Notes under the pieces: generated by a model
What the model saw: the letters and a program-made list of their open reading frames with translations, nothing else
Database searches by the model: none
Told to the model about the DNA's origin: nothing
Source of the DNA: Calditrichia bacterium
GTDB taxonomy: Bacteria > Calditrichota > Calditrichia > JAJRVZ01
Direction: 5' to 3'
Assembly (NCBI GenBank): GCA_963777955.1
Contig: CAVZSQ010000015.1
Span: 224,001 to 288,000 of the forward strand
Length of the DNA stretch: 64,000 nt
Part shown: piece after piece, positions 43,439-54,807 of the stretch
Numbering within the stretch: the first letter of the stretch is position 1
Layout of the letters: every line of letters begins with the position of its first letter
Program-made: the position numbers and the translations under genes

Positions 43439-46289
43439 TTGAAAACTTTTCTTATGATAAAATCTGTAATACGATTTTACAGCATTCTATTGTTACTAAT
43501 CACAATCCCCGTGAATCTGGTCTTCGCTCAGGGTTATTACTTCGGCCGTAACAAGGTTCAATATACTAAATTCAACTGGCAAATTCTAAAAACCGAGCAT
43601 TTTGATATTTATTTTTATCCGGAGATGAAGGATATTGCCGAAAAAGGTGCCAAATTCGCTGAAGACAGTTATACGCTGCTGCAAACTAAATTCAATCACA
43701 CTATCACCCGCCGGGTACCCCTGATTTTCTACAGTTCGCACATGCACTTTCAGCAGACCAACATCACGCCGGGTTTTATTCCGGAAGGGGTCGGAGGATT
43801 TTTTGAATTCCTGAAAGGCCGGGTTGTCATTCCCAGTAACGGCAATCTTAACCAGTTCAAGAAAGTGATCACGCATGAACTGGTGCATGTTTTCATGCAT
43901 AGTAAAGTTGAGCGGGTATTAAAAAATAAAGGCCGGCTGAATACCGGGACTTATCCACCGCTCTGGTTCACCGAAGGTCTGGCTGAGTTCTGGTCATCGA
44001 CCTGGGATAGCCAGGCAGAGATGGTGATCAAAGATGCTGTGCTTTTTGATTATTTTGTGGGCCTGCAGAATATATGGAGCATCGAAGGTACCTTCATGAT
44101 GTATAAAGAAGGACAGCATATTCTCGGTTATATCGCTGCTCAATATGGCGAAGAAAAACTGCTATTATTATTGGAAAATCTCTGGAAGCACAAAACATTC
44201 CAGTCCTGTTTTCAGGAAACAATCGGTCTAAGTTATGCAGAGTTTGACGATCAATATCTCTATCAATTGAAGAAAAATTACTATCCGTTACTGCAGGATA
44301 ATGATCTCTCCAGTAAAATCTCTTCGACAATCGTCAGGGAGGGCTATAATTTTAAACCGGCTTTTTACGAACAGGATCATCAGCCCAGGGTAATTTTTAC
44401 AGCCAACCGTACGGGCTATTCCAGTATTTATAGTTGTGCACTGAAACCGCTGCGGATCAAAGAAAAAGAAAAAAGTAAAATACTGATCCGCGGGGAAAAA
44501 TCTTCTGATTTCGAAGCTTTCCATCTGTTCAGTTCAAAAATCGATGTTAATCGTAATGGCCTACTGGTTTTTGGTTCAAAAAGCGGTGAAAATGATGCGC
44601 TTTATTTATTCGATATCAAGACACAGAAAAATCAGTGCTAAATACCATTTTGAAAATCTGGTGGGAATCCTGTCCCCATCCTGGTCGGATGACGGGAAAA
44701 AAATTGTTTTTTCCGGATTGAATTTTTCCGGCAGAAACGACCTTTATGTTTTCGATACCGAAACCCGGGAGTTGCAGCAACTGACAGACGATTTTTATGA
44801 TGACATTGAACCGTCCTGGTCGCCTGACGGCCGCTTTATTGTATTCTCTTCCGATCGTACGGATATGGGCAAGCAATGGGCTTATAATATCTTTACGTTG
44901 AATATTTCTACCGGTGAACTCGCCTATGTGACATATGGCCGGCAAAAAGACCTTGCCCCGGTATTCTCGCCTGATGGCAAATACATCGCCTTCACTTCGG
45001 ATCGGGATTTAAGTATCAATATTTATCTGACGGAAGTCGATCAGCAATGTCGCCCCCGGGTCTACTATAAGATCACTCATTTTGCTAATGCTGCCTATGA
45101 TCCGGAATGGACTGCAGATGGCGGACTGTTATTTGGTGTATTTGAAGATCGTAAATTCCAGATCCGTTATCTGCCGGATGTTGTTCAGAAAAAAGATACG
45201 GTTGCCGCCTTGGCGGTAACCAATATAAATAAAAGCAGCCAGCCATGGTCTTTTGAGAACCTCTCGATTCATGAACAATTCGGTCAATTGAATTATAAAA
45301 AAGACTACGATCTGGACATTGTCCAGTCACAGGTATCGCAGGATCCCATATTCGGCACCAGCGGCGGAGCACAGATTGCTTTTACCGACCTGCTGGGAAA
45401 TGATCAATATCATATCCTGATTTACAATAACGCCCGCAGCAGTCAGGAATTTTTAAAAAGTTTTAATTTTGCCCTGACCAAAGTATCGATGGAAAGACGC
45501 ACCAATTATGCCCTGGGTATTTTCCGTTATGCCGGCCGGTATTTTAATTACGATGAGTCATTTTTTTATGAAGACCGCGTCGGTGCTTTTTTAGCCCTGA
45601 GTTACCCCTTGTCGCAATTTACGCGTTTCCAGTATTCGACCAGTTTTAGTTATCTGGATAAAGAACGTTACGGCGATACCCGGTTTTTTTCGTACCTGTT
45701 TTCCAATTTTTTCAGTTATGTCAAAGACAACTCCCTGTGGACTCATGTCGGACCCATCGATGGACAACGGTTTAATATCACCCTTGGCAATACATTCGAT
45801 ATGCGCTATTCCAATATCAGTTACTATACCATCATGGCTGATTATCGTCATTATTTCCGCCTCACTTTGCGCAGCGCTTATGCGGTTCGCCTCTTATATT
45901 TACGAAATGAAGGACGTGAAGCCCGCCGGTTCTATTTCGGCGGCAGCTGGGATATGCGCGGTTATCCCAATTGGTCCATACGCAGCGACCAGATCCTTTT
46001 CATGAGTCACGAACTGCGTTTCCCTTTTATTGACCGCCTGGGCATAGGTTTACCTTTTGGCACTCTTGGTTTCAATTCCATCCGCAGTACCCTGTTTTTT
46101 GATGCCTGTTCGCTGGGCCCGCTCGATGTCGATAACCTCGATCGAACAGCCCTGGGCAGTTTCGGCATCGGTTTCCGGATTACCCCCTTTCCCTATTTTG
46201 TACTGCGTCTGGATGTCGGTAAAACAACTGATTTCTCGCGGGTAAGTAACGGCATTTTCACTCAATTCTTTTTCGGCTGGGATTTTTAG
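43439..46289 (+). CDS. Omp85-family protein with an N-terminal HExxH peptidase-like domain and PD40/TolB-like propeller, split by one frameshift near 44630
   Basis: Signal peptide, FGRNKVQY, HELVH, PLWFTEGLAE; PD40 repeats (PSWSDDGKKIVF, PSWSPDGRFIVFSSDR, PVFSPDGKYIAF); barrel motif FYFGGSWDMRGY; C-terminal FFFGWDF. An extra A in an A5 run explains the split. Confidence 0.82.
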
Positions 46290-46290
46290 C

Positions 46291-47456
46291 ATGCGATCAA
46301 GATCTGTTCTGTTTATTTCAGCACTTATGCTGATTACCATTGGCTGTAACCGGTTGAGAATTGCCGGCTATCCTCAGGAGCCTGAACCGGTTAATCAAAG
46401 TTTTCTGACCGCCCAGGTCAATTATCAGCGTAATGCAATTACCGACCGGGAATTAGCACCGCCTCTGGCCCAATCCTGGGAGCAAGAGTACCTGTTCTTC
46501 CCCGAAAACGGATTGACCACTGCTGAAAAAACATTTTTTTTCGGGACCGGTAATGGATTCCTGGTTGCTGCCAACGTCGAGAATGGAAAACTGTTGGGGA
46601 AAAAACACCTGGGTAAAGCCTGTATGTCACCCCCTACTGTATATGCCGGGATATTATACCAAACCTTTGTAGAAGGAAAAGCAGGATTGGTGGCTTATGA
46701 TCTGCACAAAGGGATACATTCTATGGAGGATTCCTAAAAATTCTTCAAAATCTTCCGTGGTGGCCAGGGATAGAAAAGTATTCTTTCTGAATACGGCCGG
46801 TCAGCTGCAATGCCGCAATTTTCTGACCGGGGATTTAATCTGGTTTAAGCAAATTGATACTCAGGCTGTAAATTCACCGGCGCTTCATGAAAATATGCTG
46901 ATTACAGCCGGTTTGAACGGGAAAATCAGTGCTCTGGAATACACCTCGGGTGTGGTGATCTGGGAAACAAATATCAGCTGACGCAATCCTGGCCGATCCG
47001 CTGATCCATGACGGCCGTATTTATCTGGTGACCTACCGGGGCGACTTACATATTCTGGATCAGAAGAATGGGGCTACTCTCCATTCTATGTCTTTTTCTA
47101 CCCCTTTCTATTGTACAGCGGTGGTCGATCAAACCACAATTTTTTTACCGCTAAGTAATGGAAAATTACTGGCGGTCGACAACCAGTCTCTGGCTGTTAA
47201 TTGGGAATTCCAGGCTGATGGTCCCTGGGCGGCTGCTCCGCTGGTCACGCTGAATTATATATATGCTGCCAATCTCGATGAAAAATTGTACATTCTGGAC
47301 AAAAGATCAGGCAGTCTGTTACAGGAGATACAATTAAGCGGCCGGGCCCGCTCTACTCCGGTTATAGTTGACAATAAACTAATTCTTACCTGTGAAAACA
47401 CAAAGGTGGTTGCGTATGCTCAGGAGCATTATGGTCAGGAGCATAAAGATAATTAA
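46291..47456 (+). CDS. BamB-like (PQQ-type) beta-propeller lipoprotein, split into three ORFs by frameshifts near 46710 and 46977
   Basis: Lipobox TIGC; propeller repeats GFLVAANVENGKLL, GKISALEYTSGVVIW, GKLLAVDNQSLAVNW and RSTPVIVDNKL. Each break is repaired by removing one base. Confidence 0.78.
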
Positions 47457-48205
47457 AGGACTGCTGCTTGTTTTTTTTATGCTGCAGCCTGTATACTCCC
47501 CTGCTGCTGTCGGCTATCTGACGGTGCGGATTGAACCGGGCACCCTGACCGTGCTGGATTCACAATTGGTCGCCAAGCAATCCTTCGAAAACCTGGCACT
47601 AGGCGCTGGTACTTACCTGCTTCATGTCTATGATCCGTGCGACTATAATTGGCAGGATCGGGGCTTCAGCGAGCAGATTACTGTCCAGGAAGCAGAAACA
47701 TTGTATTTCGATCTGCGCCTGACGAATAAACTCAGGGTGATCAGTAACCCGGCAAATGGACTGGTTTATATCGATAGTTTGTTTATAGGAAAAACACCGC
47801 TGATTCTTTTAAATTCTGATCTGGATGGTAAACAAATTACGGTCAGTAAAGCAGGATATCAGAACTTCTCATTCATCAAGACGGCAGCTGAAAATAATTA
47901 TTCTCTCCTGCTGAAGCCGGTCAGGACCATCCCCGGCTCCGCTGGTCGTGCAAAACCAGAATACTAATAAACTGAACTGGCTGGATGAAGGTCTGATTAT
48001 CACCTCACTGGCCGGCAGCTGGCTGTCATTCCTGTTTAAAAGGACAGCCGATACTTCTTATGATAAATATTTACATTCCGCCAGGCCCGCTGATATTAAG
48101 AAATACTATGATCGTTCCGTTCGATATGATCGTTATGCTGAAATTTCATTCACCGTGTCTGTACTGTCCCTGGGCAGTTATTTCTATCTGCTGCTTAGTA
48201 AGTAG
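47431..48205 (+). CDS. PEGA-domain secreted protein with C-terminal hydrophobic helices, split by a frameshift near 47930
   Basis: AGGAG RBS before ATG 47431; signal peptide; PEGA motif VISNPANGLVYIDSLFIGKTP..ITVSKAGY; second ORF 47948..48205 supplies the hydrophobic tail. Confidence 0.7.
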
Positions 48206-49172
48206 CGAGCTCATCAACGATTTGTTGTATATCGTCAGGTAAACTGCTTTCAAAGCTGATCCGTTCCTGCAGTCTTGGATGTATAAATGACAGCTGGCGT
48301 GCGTGCAGGGCCTGTCGATTTATTTTTTTCAGCAGCCGGGCCGCGAGGTCCCTGGCCGGAGCCGGCAAGCGGGATAACTGTCCCAGGCGCCCGTTGTATT
48401 CGGGATCGCCGAATACGGGATGGTGAATATGATCCAGATGAACACGTATTTGATGGGTGCGGCCGGTCTTTAGGGTCAATTCCACGAACGAAAAATAGGT
48501 GAATGATTTTAACACCCGGTACAGGGTTAGCGCCCAGCGGCCACGATTTTTTACAACAGTCATTTTCTGACGGTTCTTTTTGCTGCGATCAATGAATGAT
48601 TCGATTTTACCTTCTGCTGCTGAAAAATCTCCCCAGACCACAGCCTGATAGGTCCGGACGATATCGCGCGACTCGAATTGCCGGCTTAAACTCAAATGAG
48701 CCTGGTCTGTTTTTGCCACCACCAGTAAACCCGAAGTATTTTTATCCAGACGATGGACAATGCCGGGTCGCAATGCACCATTCACTGTGGATAAGGTCTG
48801 GCAGTGGTACAATAATCCGTTTACCAGTGTGCCGTTGCGGTTGCCGGCTCCGGGATGAACTACTAATCCGGCGGGTTTATTCAAAACCAGCAGGTCACCA
48901 TCTTCATATACAATATCCAGGGGCATTTTTTCGGCCACTACCGTGTCGGACATAGCGGGCAGATTAAACCGGATCAGGATCTGATCGCCGCTTTTCAACA
49001 TGTAACCGGTTTTGACACTTTTATTATTGACCAGAATCAGTTGGTTTGTAATGAGATTTTGGAAATGTGAACGGGTAATATCAGGATAGGTCAGGTGTAG
49101 AAATTTATCCAGTCTCTCCCCAATTGCCGGATGACCGGATGTAACGAGTATATTTTCCTGTTCAGTGTTCAG
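48195..49172 (-). CDS. rluD: RluA/RluD-family 23S rRNA pseudouridine synthase, probable CTG start
   Basis: NKPAGLVVHPG, HRLDKNTSG and TGRTHQIRVH. An in-frame S4 domain (GERLDKFL..ITRSHFQNLI) extends upstream of the ORF-track start to CTG 49172. Confidence 0.9.
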   Translation of the reverse strand: MNTEQENILVTSGHPAIGERLDKFLHLTYPDITRSHFQNLITNQLILVNNKSVKTGYMLKSGDQILIRFNLPAMSDTVVAEKMPLDIVYEDGDLLVLNKPAGLVVHPGAGNRNGTLVNGLLYHCQTLSTVNGALRPGIVHRLDKNTSGLLVVAKTDQAHLSLSRQFESRDIVRTYQAVVWGDFSAAEGKIESFIDRSKKNRQKMTVVKNRGRWALTLYRVLKSFTYFSFVELTLKTGRTHQIRVHLDHIHHPVFGDPEYNGRLGQLSRLPAPARDLAARLLKKINRQALHARQLSFIHPRLQERISFESSLPDDIQQIVDELATY

Positions 49173-49736
49173 GTGGTCAACTCCTGGCCGACCGGATCTT
49201 TTTGAAAAATTAATAACAGTGTCAGCAGGATTAATCCACAGGTAACAGCCGAATCGGCCACATTAAAAATCGGCCAGCGGGTAAGTGCATATCCCGGAAA
49301 GTGCAGAAACCATATATTAAATTGCGGTACAGTTATATCAAAGAATTCGACATCGATGAAATCCACTACCCTGCCGTAGATCAAACGATCGATCAAATTT
49401 CCCACGGCGCCTCCCAGAATCAAAGCCAGTGACAACCGGAAAAAAAAACGACCATGAGTAAGCCTGATGAGATAAACGGATACAATCAGGGTGGCCAGTA
49501 CCGACAGTAATGTGAATATCAATCTGTTTTGTATCTGGATGCCGAAGGCCATGCCGGCATTTTCGATAAAAGTCAAACGTAAAAAATTTCCTATAACCGG
49601 TATGGAATCATAAAGGGTCATAGAGTTCTTAACGATCAGCTTGGTGACCTGATCCAATAAAACAATTAAACCGGCCAGACTGTATATGAGTATTGATTTC
49701 TTATCAAAATAATTTGTTTTGAAGGGAAAAATGCAT
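49169..49736 (-). CDS. lspA: Lipoprotein signal peptidase II; likely true ATG 49736 is out of frame by one base (T5 run)
   Basis: DQVTK, ENAGMAFG, GGAVGNLIDR, VVDFI and WPIFNVADS. The first TM helix lies upstream of the ORF-track start. Confidence 0.93.
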
Positions 49737-49740
49737 ACGG

Positions 49741-50111
49741 TTATTTGGCTTCCTTTGATTTGCAGTCAAAGCAGATGGTAGTGGTCGGTACCGCTTCCAG
49801 TCTTTCTTTACTTATTTCTTTCTGACAGGAACGGCAGACACCAAAACTCCCGCCTCGGAAATTCGTTGATAAGCGGCTTCAATCTGTTTCAGGTATTTTT
49901 CATCCCGGGAGGCGAATAAAAAAGCTTTTTCCCGTTCCATGGCATCGGTGCCCTGATCGGCCATGTGAAATGAATATGCCGAGTGATCTCCGGAAGCCTC
50001 CTGGGTCGTAGAATTCATCACTACATCCTTGAGATACTGGATATTCTTCAGCAGTTCCTGCTCTTTCTTCTGCAGAAGATCCTTAAAATACTGGAGATCC
50101 TGTTCCGTCAT
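49741..50111 (-). CDS. DksA/TraR C4 zinc-finger protein, split by a frameshift near 49850
   Basis: HMADQGTD..EREK in ORF 49812..50111; FGVCRSCQKEISKERLEAVPTTTICFDCK* continues in another frame to the stop at 49741; GGAGG RBS. Confidence 0.88.
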
Positions 50112-50141
50112 CTATATTCCTCCTGGCTATTTGCCGGCAGC

Positions 50142-53100
50142 CTATTTGCCGGCGGCCTTTCTTATACCGAGAGTAAACGTTTCAGTACCAATTGATATTT
50201 CCTTAGCTATCAGTCCGTCCACTCTTTTCTTTAAAACAGTGCGGGTCAAAGTTTCACTTTTAATATAATCAGTTTTAGAATTTACCGCACGCAGAACGGA
50301 TTCTGCTGTGGTATCAATGAGAATATCAATCCGGTCGGTTACGGCCAATCCTGATTCTTTGCGCAGATTCTGGATGCGATTGATCAACTCGCGGGCGATT
50401 CCTTCATTGATCAGTTCCGCGGTCAATTCCAGGTCGATGGCTACCGTAATTTCGCCATCCGTATATGCTGCCAGTCCCGGCTGAGGTTGTGTATGGATTT
50501 CGACATCGCTCAACTGGATTTTCATTTCCTGTCCTTCGATCACCACGCGTTCATGTCCGTTTATTTCAAAATTTTTTATCTGATCTGCCGTCAAAGCCTG
50601 CAATACCGGTGCCACCTTGCCGATCATTTTTCCCAGTTTGGGACCTAATAATTTAAAATTGGGTTTGACGCTTTTCAAAACCAGTGCTTCGGCTGAATTG
50701 AACAATTCCATGCCCTTTACGTTCAGTTCGTCACATATGATATTTTGCATTTTTTCCAGGGCGGCGCGTTCAGTCTGATTTTTTGTATAGATCAGAACGC
50801 GTTTTAAAGGTTGACGTACGCGGATATTTTTGTCATTGCGCAAAGCCAGGGCGAATGACACTATCTTCTGTGCCGAGGCCATTCTTCCTTCGAGTTCCGG
50901 ATTACAATGTTTCTGCTGATCCGCGGAGAGTGCAGGATAATCACATAAATGTACACTTTCCCGGTCCGCTTTCCTTTTCAGATTGGTAAAAATATCATCG
51001 GCCAGAAAGGGTATGTAGGGTGCGACTAATTGAGCAGTGGTCAGTAAAATTTCATGCAAGGTCTGGTAGGCTGCTATTTTATCTTTTGAATCACCGCTTT
51101 TCCAGTAACGGCGGCGGTTCCTGCGGATATACCAGTTTGATACGTCGTCGATTATGTAATCGCTGATCAATCTGGCTGCCCGGGTCAGATCATACTCGGC
51201 CATTAACTGATTGCACTGGTTAACCACGGTATAAAGCCGGGAAAGTATCCACTGATCTATTTCCGGTCTCTGCTCGAGGGGTAGATTCGGTTCTTCACCC
51301 TGGTAGCCATCGATATTGGCATAAAGTACAAAGAAGGAGTAGGTATTGATCAGGGTGTTGACAAATTTGCGCAGGACTTCCTTAATACCCTCTTCATCAA
51401 ATCTTTTCGGGGTCCAGGGCGGACTGACGGTCATCAGGTACCAGCGCAGCGTATCGGCACCGTATTTGGATATAATGTCTTCGGGAACAACCACGTTACC
51501 TTTGGACTTGGACATTTTTTGTCCTTCTTTGTCCAGAATCAATTCATTCACCACGATATTCTTAAAGGCCGGTTCATCGAAAAGCAGGGTTGAGATGGCC
51601 AGCAACGAATAGAACCAACCGCGGGTCTGATCGATGCCCTCGCAGATGAAATCGGCCGGAAAATTCTTTTTAAACTTTTCTTCGTTCTCAAAGGGATAAT
51701 GAAACTGCGCATACGGCATACTGCCGGAATCAAACCAGCAATCGATTACCTCAGGCACCCGCTGCATGGTGTGACCACATTTTTCACAGATCAGGGTGAT
51801 GGCATCAACCGCCGGTTTATGCAAATCCAGCGGCTGCGGAATATGACTGCCCCTTTTCTTTAATTCAGCGATACTGCCGATAGCATGCGTAGCAGCACAA
51901 TTTTCACAAACCCATATATTCAGCGGGGTGCCCCAGTACCGGTCACGCGACAGCGACCAATCGATATTATTTTTTAACCATTCCCCAAAGCGGCCGCTGC
52001 CGACTTCGGGCGGATACCATTTGATTTTATCGTTATTTTTGATCAAATCGTCTTTATGCCGGGAAGTGCGGATGAACCAGCATTCCCGGGCATAGTACAG
52101 CAGCGGAGTCTGACAGCGCCAGCAATGCGGATAACTGTGCTCAATTTTTACCTTCTTGATCAATTTGCCCTGCTGCTTTAAGTCAGCGATGATCTGTTCA
52201 TCGGCATCTTTAACGAACTGGCCACGGTACGGTGTTACCGATTCTTCAAACCTGCCGCTGGCATTGACCGGACGCAGCAGCGGCAGATCGTATTTCTGGC
52301 CGGCCTGGTAATCATCTTCACCGAACGCCGGGGCAATATGGACAATGCCGGTGCCATCGGCCGTGGTGACGAAATCACCGCTGATGACATAAAATGCTTT
52401 TTTATCAACAGGTACAAAATCGAATAAACGCTCGTATTCTGAATTTTCCAGGTCAGATCCAGGTATACTGCGTTTAATTTTATAAGTACCTTCCTGGAAC
52501 AGATCTCCGACCCGCTCCCGGGCCATAATATAGGTGGCATCCTCATTTTCTATTTCGACGTATTCCACCTTTGGATTTACAGCCAGGGCTACATTGGAGA
52601 TCAGGGTCCAGGGCGTGGTGGTCCAGACCAGGAAGTAGGTATTATCCGAGTTTTTCCTTTTCAGGCGCACATAGATCGACGGATCCCTGACATCTTTATA
52701 ACCCTGTGATACTTCATGGCTGGAGATGGGTGTTTCGCAGCGCGGACAGTAAGGCAGTATTTTGAAACCCTGGTACAACAGGTCCTTTTTCCAGATTTCC
52801 TTTAAGCTCCACCAGACACTTTCGATATATTCATTGGTGAAGGTGATGTACGGATTTTCCAGGTCCAGCCAGTAACCGATCCGTTCAGTCAGACAATCCC
52901 ATTCTTTTTTATAATGGAACACACTTTCTTTGCACTTGGCATTAAAGGCAGCCACGCCCAGTTTTTCAATACCGTCTTTGCCTTTGATCTTTAATTCTTT
53001 TTCAACTTCGATCTCGACGGGTAATCCATGGGTATCCCAGCCGGCTTTTCGTTCGACCAGAAATCCTTTCATGGTCTTATAACGGCAGACCACATCTTTT

Positions 53101-53291
53101 ACTGTTCTGGACATGACATGATGAATTCCCGGCCGGCCATTTGCGGTAGGCGGACCTTCGTAAAATACGTAGGCCGGCGCTGCAGATCTGGCCGTCAAAC
53201 TCTGCTGAAAAACCTTCCGCTCCTGCCAGAATTTGAGGATTTTTTCCTCACGATCAGCGATATTTAACTCAGTCGACACTTCTCGGAACAT
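50142..53291 (-). CDS. ileS: Isoleucine--tRNA ligase, type 2
   Basis: YEGPPTANG, GIHH in place of HIGH, GWDTHGLP, WTTTPWTL, DWSLSRDRYWG, EGIDQTRGWF, KMSKS; IleRS2-type C-terminus (EGIARELINRIQNLRK). Confidence 0.97.
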   Translation of the reverse strand: MFREVSTELNIADREEKILKFWQERKVFQQSLTARSAAPAYVFYEGPPTANGRPGIHHVMSRTVKDVVCRYKTMKGFLVERKAGWDTHGLPVEIEVEKELKIKGKDGIEKLGVAAFNAKCKESVFHYKKEWDCLTERIGYWLDLENPYITFTNEYIESVWWSLKEIWKKDLLYQGFKILPYCPRCETPISSHEVSQGYKDVRDPSIYVRLKRKNSDNTYFLVWTTTPWTLISNVALAVNPKVEYVEIENEDATYIMARERVGDLFQEGTYKIKRSIPGSDLENSEYERLFDFVPVDKKAFYVISGDFVTTADGTGIVHIAPAFGEDDYQAGQKYDLPLLRPVNASGRFEESVTPYRGQFVKDADEQIIADLKQQGKLIKKVKIEHSYPHCWRCQTPLLYYARECWFIRTSRHKDDLIKNNDKIKWYPPEVGSGRFGEWLKNNIDWSLSRDRYWGTPLNIWVCENCAATHAIGSIAELKKRGSHIPQPLDLHKPAVDAITLICEKCGHTMQRVPEVIDCWFDSGSMPYAQFHYPFENEEKFKKNFPADFICEGIDQTRGWFYSLLAISTLLFDEPAFKNIVVNELILDKEGQKMSKSKGNVVVPEDIISKYGADTLRWYLMTVSPPWTPKRFDEEGIKEVLRKFVNTLINTYSFFVLYANIDGYQGEEPNLPLEQRPEIDQWILSRLYTVVNQCNQLMAEYDLTRAARLISDYIIDDVSNWYIRRNRRRYWKSGDSKDKIAAYQTLHEILLTTAQLVAPYIPFLADDIFTNLKRKADRESVHLCDYPALSADQQKHCNPELEGRMASAQKIVSFALALRNDKNIRVRQPLKRVLIYTKNQTERAALEKMQNIICDELNVKGMELFNSAEALVLKSVKPNFKLLGPKLGKMIGKVAPVLQALTADQIKNFEINGHERVVIEGQEMKIQLSDVEIHTQPQPGLAAYTDGEITVAIDLELTAELINEGIARELINRIQNLRKESGLAVTDRIDILIDTTAESVLRAVNSKTDYIKSETLTRTVLKKRVDGLIAKEISIGTETFTLGIRKAAGK

Positions 53292-53319
53292 TCAGTACTC
53301 CGGCATTCCTTCTTTTGAT

Positions 53320-54144
53320 TTATAATGATTCAACCACTTGCCGCATCAACAGGGTCAATTTTGGTTCGGCCTGACTGGCGGTTTCAATGATTTCGGCAAG
53401 CGTAACCGGTTTCAGAGTCTCGATGAAACATTCATCGGTAATAACTGAAATACCCATAACCTGCAGTCCTGAATGCACGGCGGCAATGGTTTCAGGCACG
53501 GTAGACATTCCCACGGCATCGGCACCGATTATGCGCAGATAACGGTACTCGGCACGGGTTTCCAGATTAGGGCCGCTGACGGCGACAAATACACCCCGGT
53601 GAATCTTTATTTTATTTTTTCGTGCAATTTTTTCTACCAACCCGATCAATTTGCCGGAATATGGTTCAGACATATCCGGAAAGCGCGGGCCGAATTCATC
53701 GAGATTGGGACCAATCAGAGGATTAGTGCCCAGCAAATTAATATGATCCTCGATTACCATCAGATCACCGCGCCGGAACTTTGGATTCATGCCACCGCTG
53801 GCATTGGAAATAAGCAGCGTATGAATACCGAGTTGTTTCATTACCCGCACCGGAAAAGTAATTTGCTGCATGGAATAGCCTTCATAGTAATGAAATCTTC
53901 CCTGCATCGCTATGACAGGCCTGCGTCCCAAAAAACCAGAAATCAATTTACCGGCATGGGCTTCCACAGTGGAAACCGGGAAATCAGGTATATCCTGATA
54001 GGAAAGGGTGCTTTTTACATCAATTTCCTTTACCAGACCTCCGAGTCCGGTGCCCAGAATAATCCCGATTTCGGGTTGCACTCCGATTTTATCTTTAAGA
54101 AATCCGGTCGTTTCATTAATCTGTTTCAAATATCCCGTTATCAT
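53320..54144 (-). CDS. punA: Purine-nucleoside phosphorylase (trimeric type)
   Basis: [31 protein letters not shown] and VGMSTVPE. Confidence 0.93.
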   Translation of the reverse strand: MITGYLKQINETTGFLKDKIGVQPEIGIILGTGLGGLVKEIDVKSTLSYQDIPDFPVSTVEAHAGKLISGFLGRRPVIAMQGRFHYYEGYSMQQITFPVRVMKQLGIHTLLISNASGGMNPKFRRGDLMVIEDHINLLGTNPLIGPNLDEFGPRFPDMSEPYSGKLIGLVEKIARKNKIKIHRGVFVAVSGPNLETRAEYRYLRIIGADAVGMSTVPETIAAVHSGLQVMGISVITDECFIETLKPVTLAEIIETASQAEPKLTLLMRQVVESL

Positions 54145-54160
54145 CTGATTTGCTAATTGC

Positions 54161-54797
54161 TTAATTCTTTTTCTGATCCAGTTCTTTCATCATTTGTTCT
54201 TTGCGTTTTTTCTCCTCGTCCAGCAGTTTTTGTTCTTTTAATAACTGCTCACGCAATTCTTCATGAGCGGTAGCCAACCTGTCCTGGCGGATCTTTTCGA
54301 TAGCATCATCCCGGTCATTGCGGCTGCCGATAAGTCCCAGGGTAATGCCGCCCGCTGCACCCAGAGCCGCCATCGAATAACCAATCGGCACATCACTCTG
54401 TGAGGCGATGATTACGCCCACTCCGAAGCCTACAGCAGCACCCAGAGCCACCCCGGCAAAACTGTAACCGACTGTCTTCCCGGCCCCTTTAGCTTGTTTA
54501 ATCTGCTGTTCGGTAATGACATTTCCTTCCAAATCATATTCCCGGGCAGAATACTGCAAGGAGCTCGATTTTTCTAACCAGTACAGATTCCAGAGAATGT
54601 GTGGTTGCATCAACGTATTTTAAAAGCGAGTCCTCCTTCGCGATGAGAACTCCTTCAAGTTCTTTTCCATCCTTTAACTTTATCTGTACGGACTCACCTA
54701 ACTCCGGTTTTTCCAGATTGATCGACCGGCTTCCGCTGCAATAAATCTGTAAGGTGGCAAAAAAGAACAGGAAAACACATATGCTTGTTCTGGTCAT
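54161..54797 (-). CDS. Hypothetical lipoprotein with a glycine-zipper segment and C-terminal coiled coil, split by a frameshift near 54566
   Basis: GAGGAG RBS before ATG 54797; signal ending QIYC; second ORF has [13 protein letters not shown] and [11 protein letters not shown]. Removing one base joins the frames. Confidence 0.65.
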
Positions 54798-54807
54798 ATT
54801 GTACTCC

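Noticed and set aside
53292..53319. T-box leader for ileS
   Set aside because: Only 28 nt separate punA and ileS, leaving no room, and no T-box motif is present.
53473..54156. 227-aa plus-strand ORF and similar antisense ORFs across the track
   Set aside because: They lie opposite well-supported genes and have no recognisable motifs.
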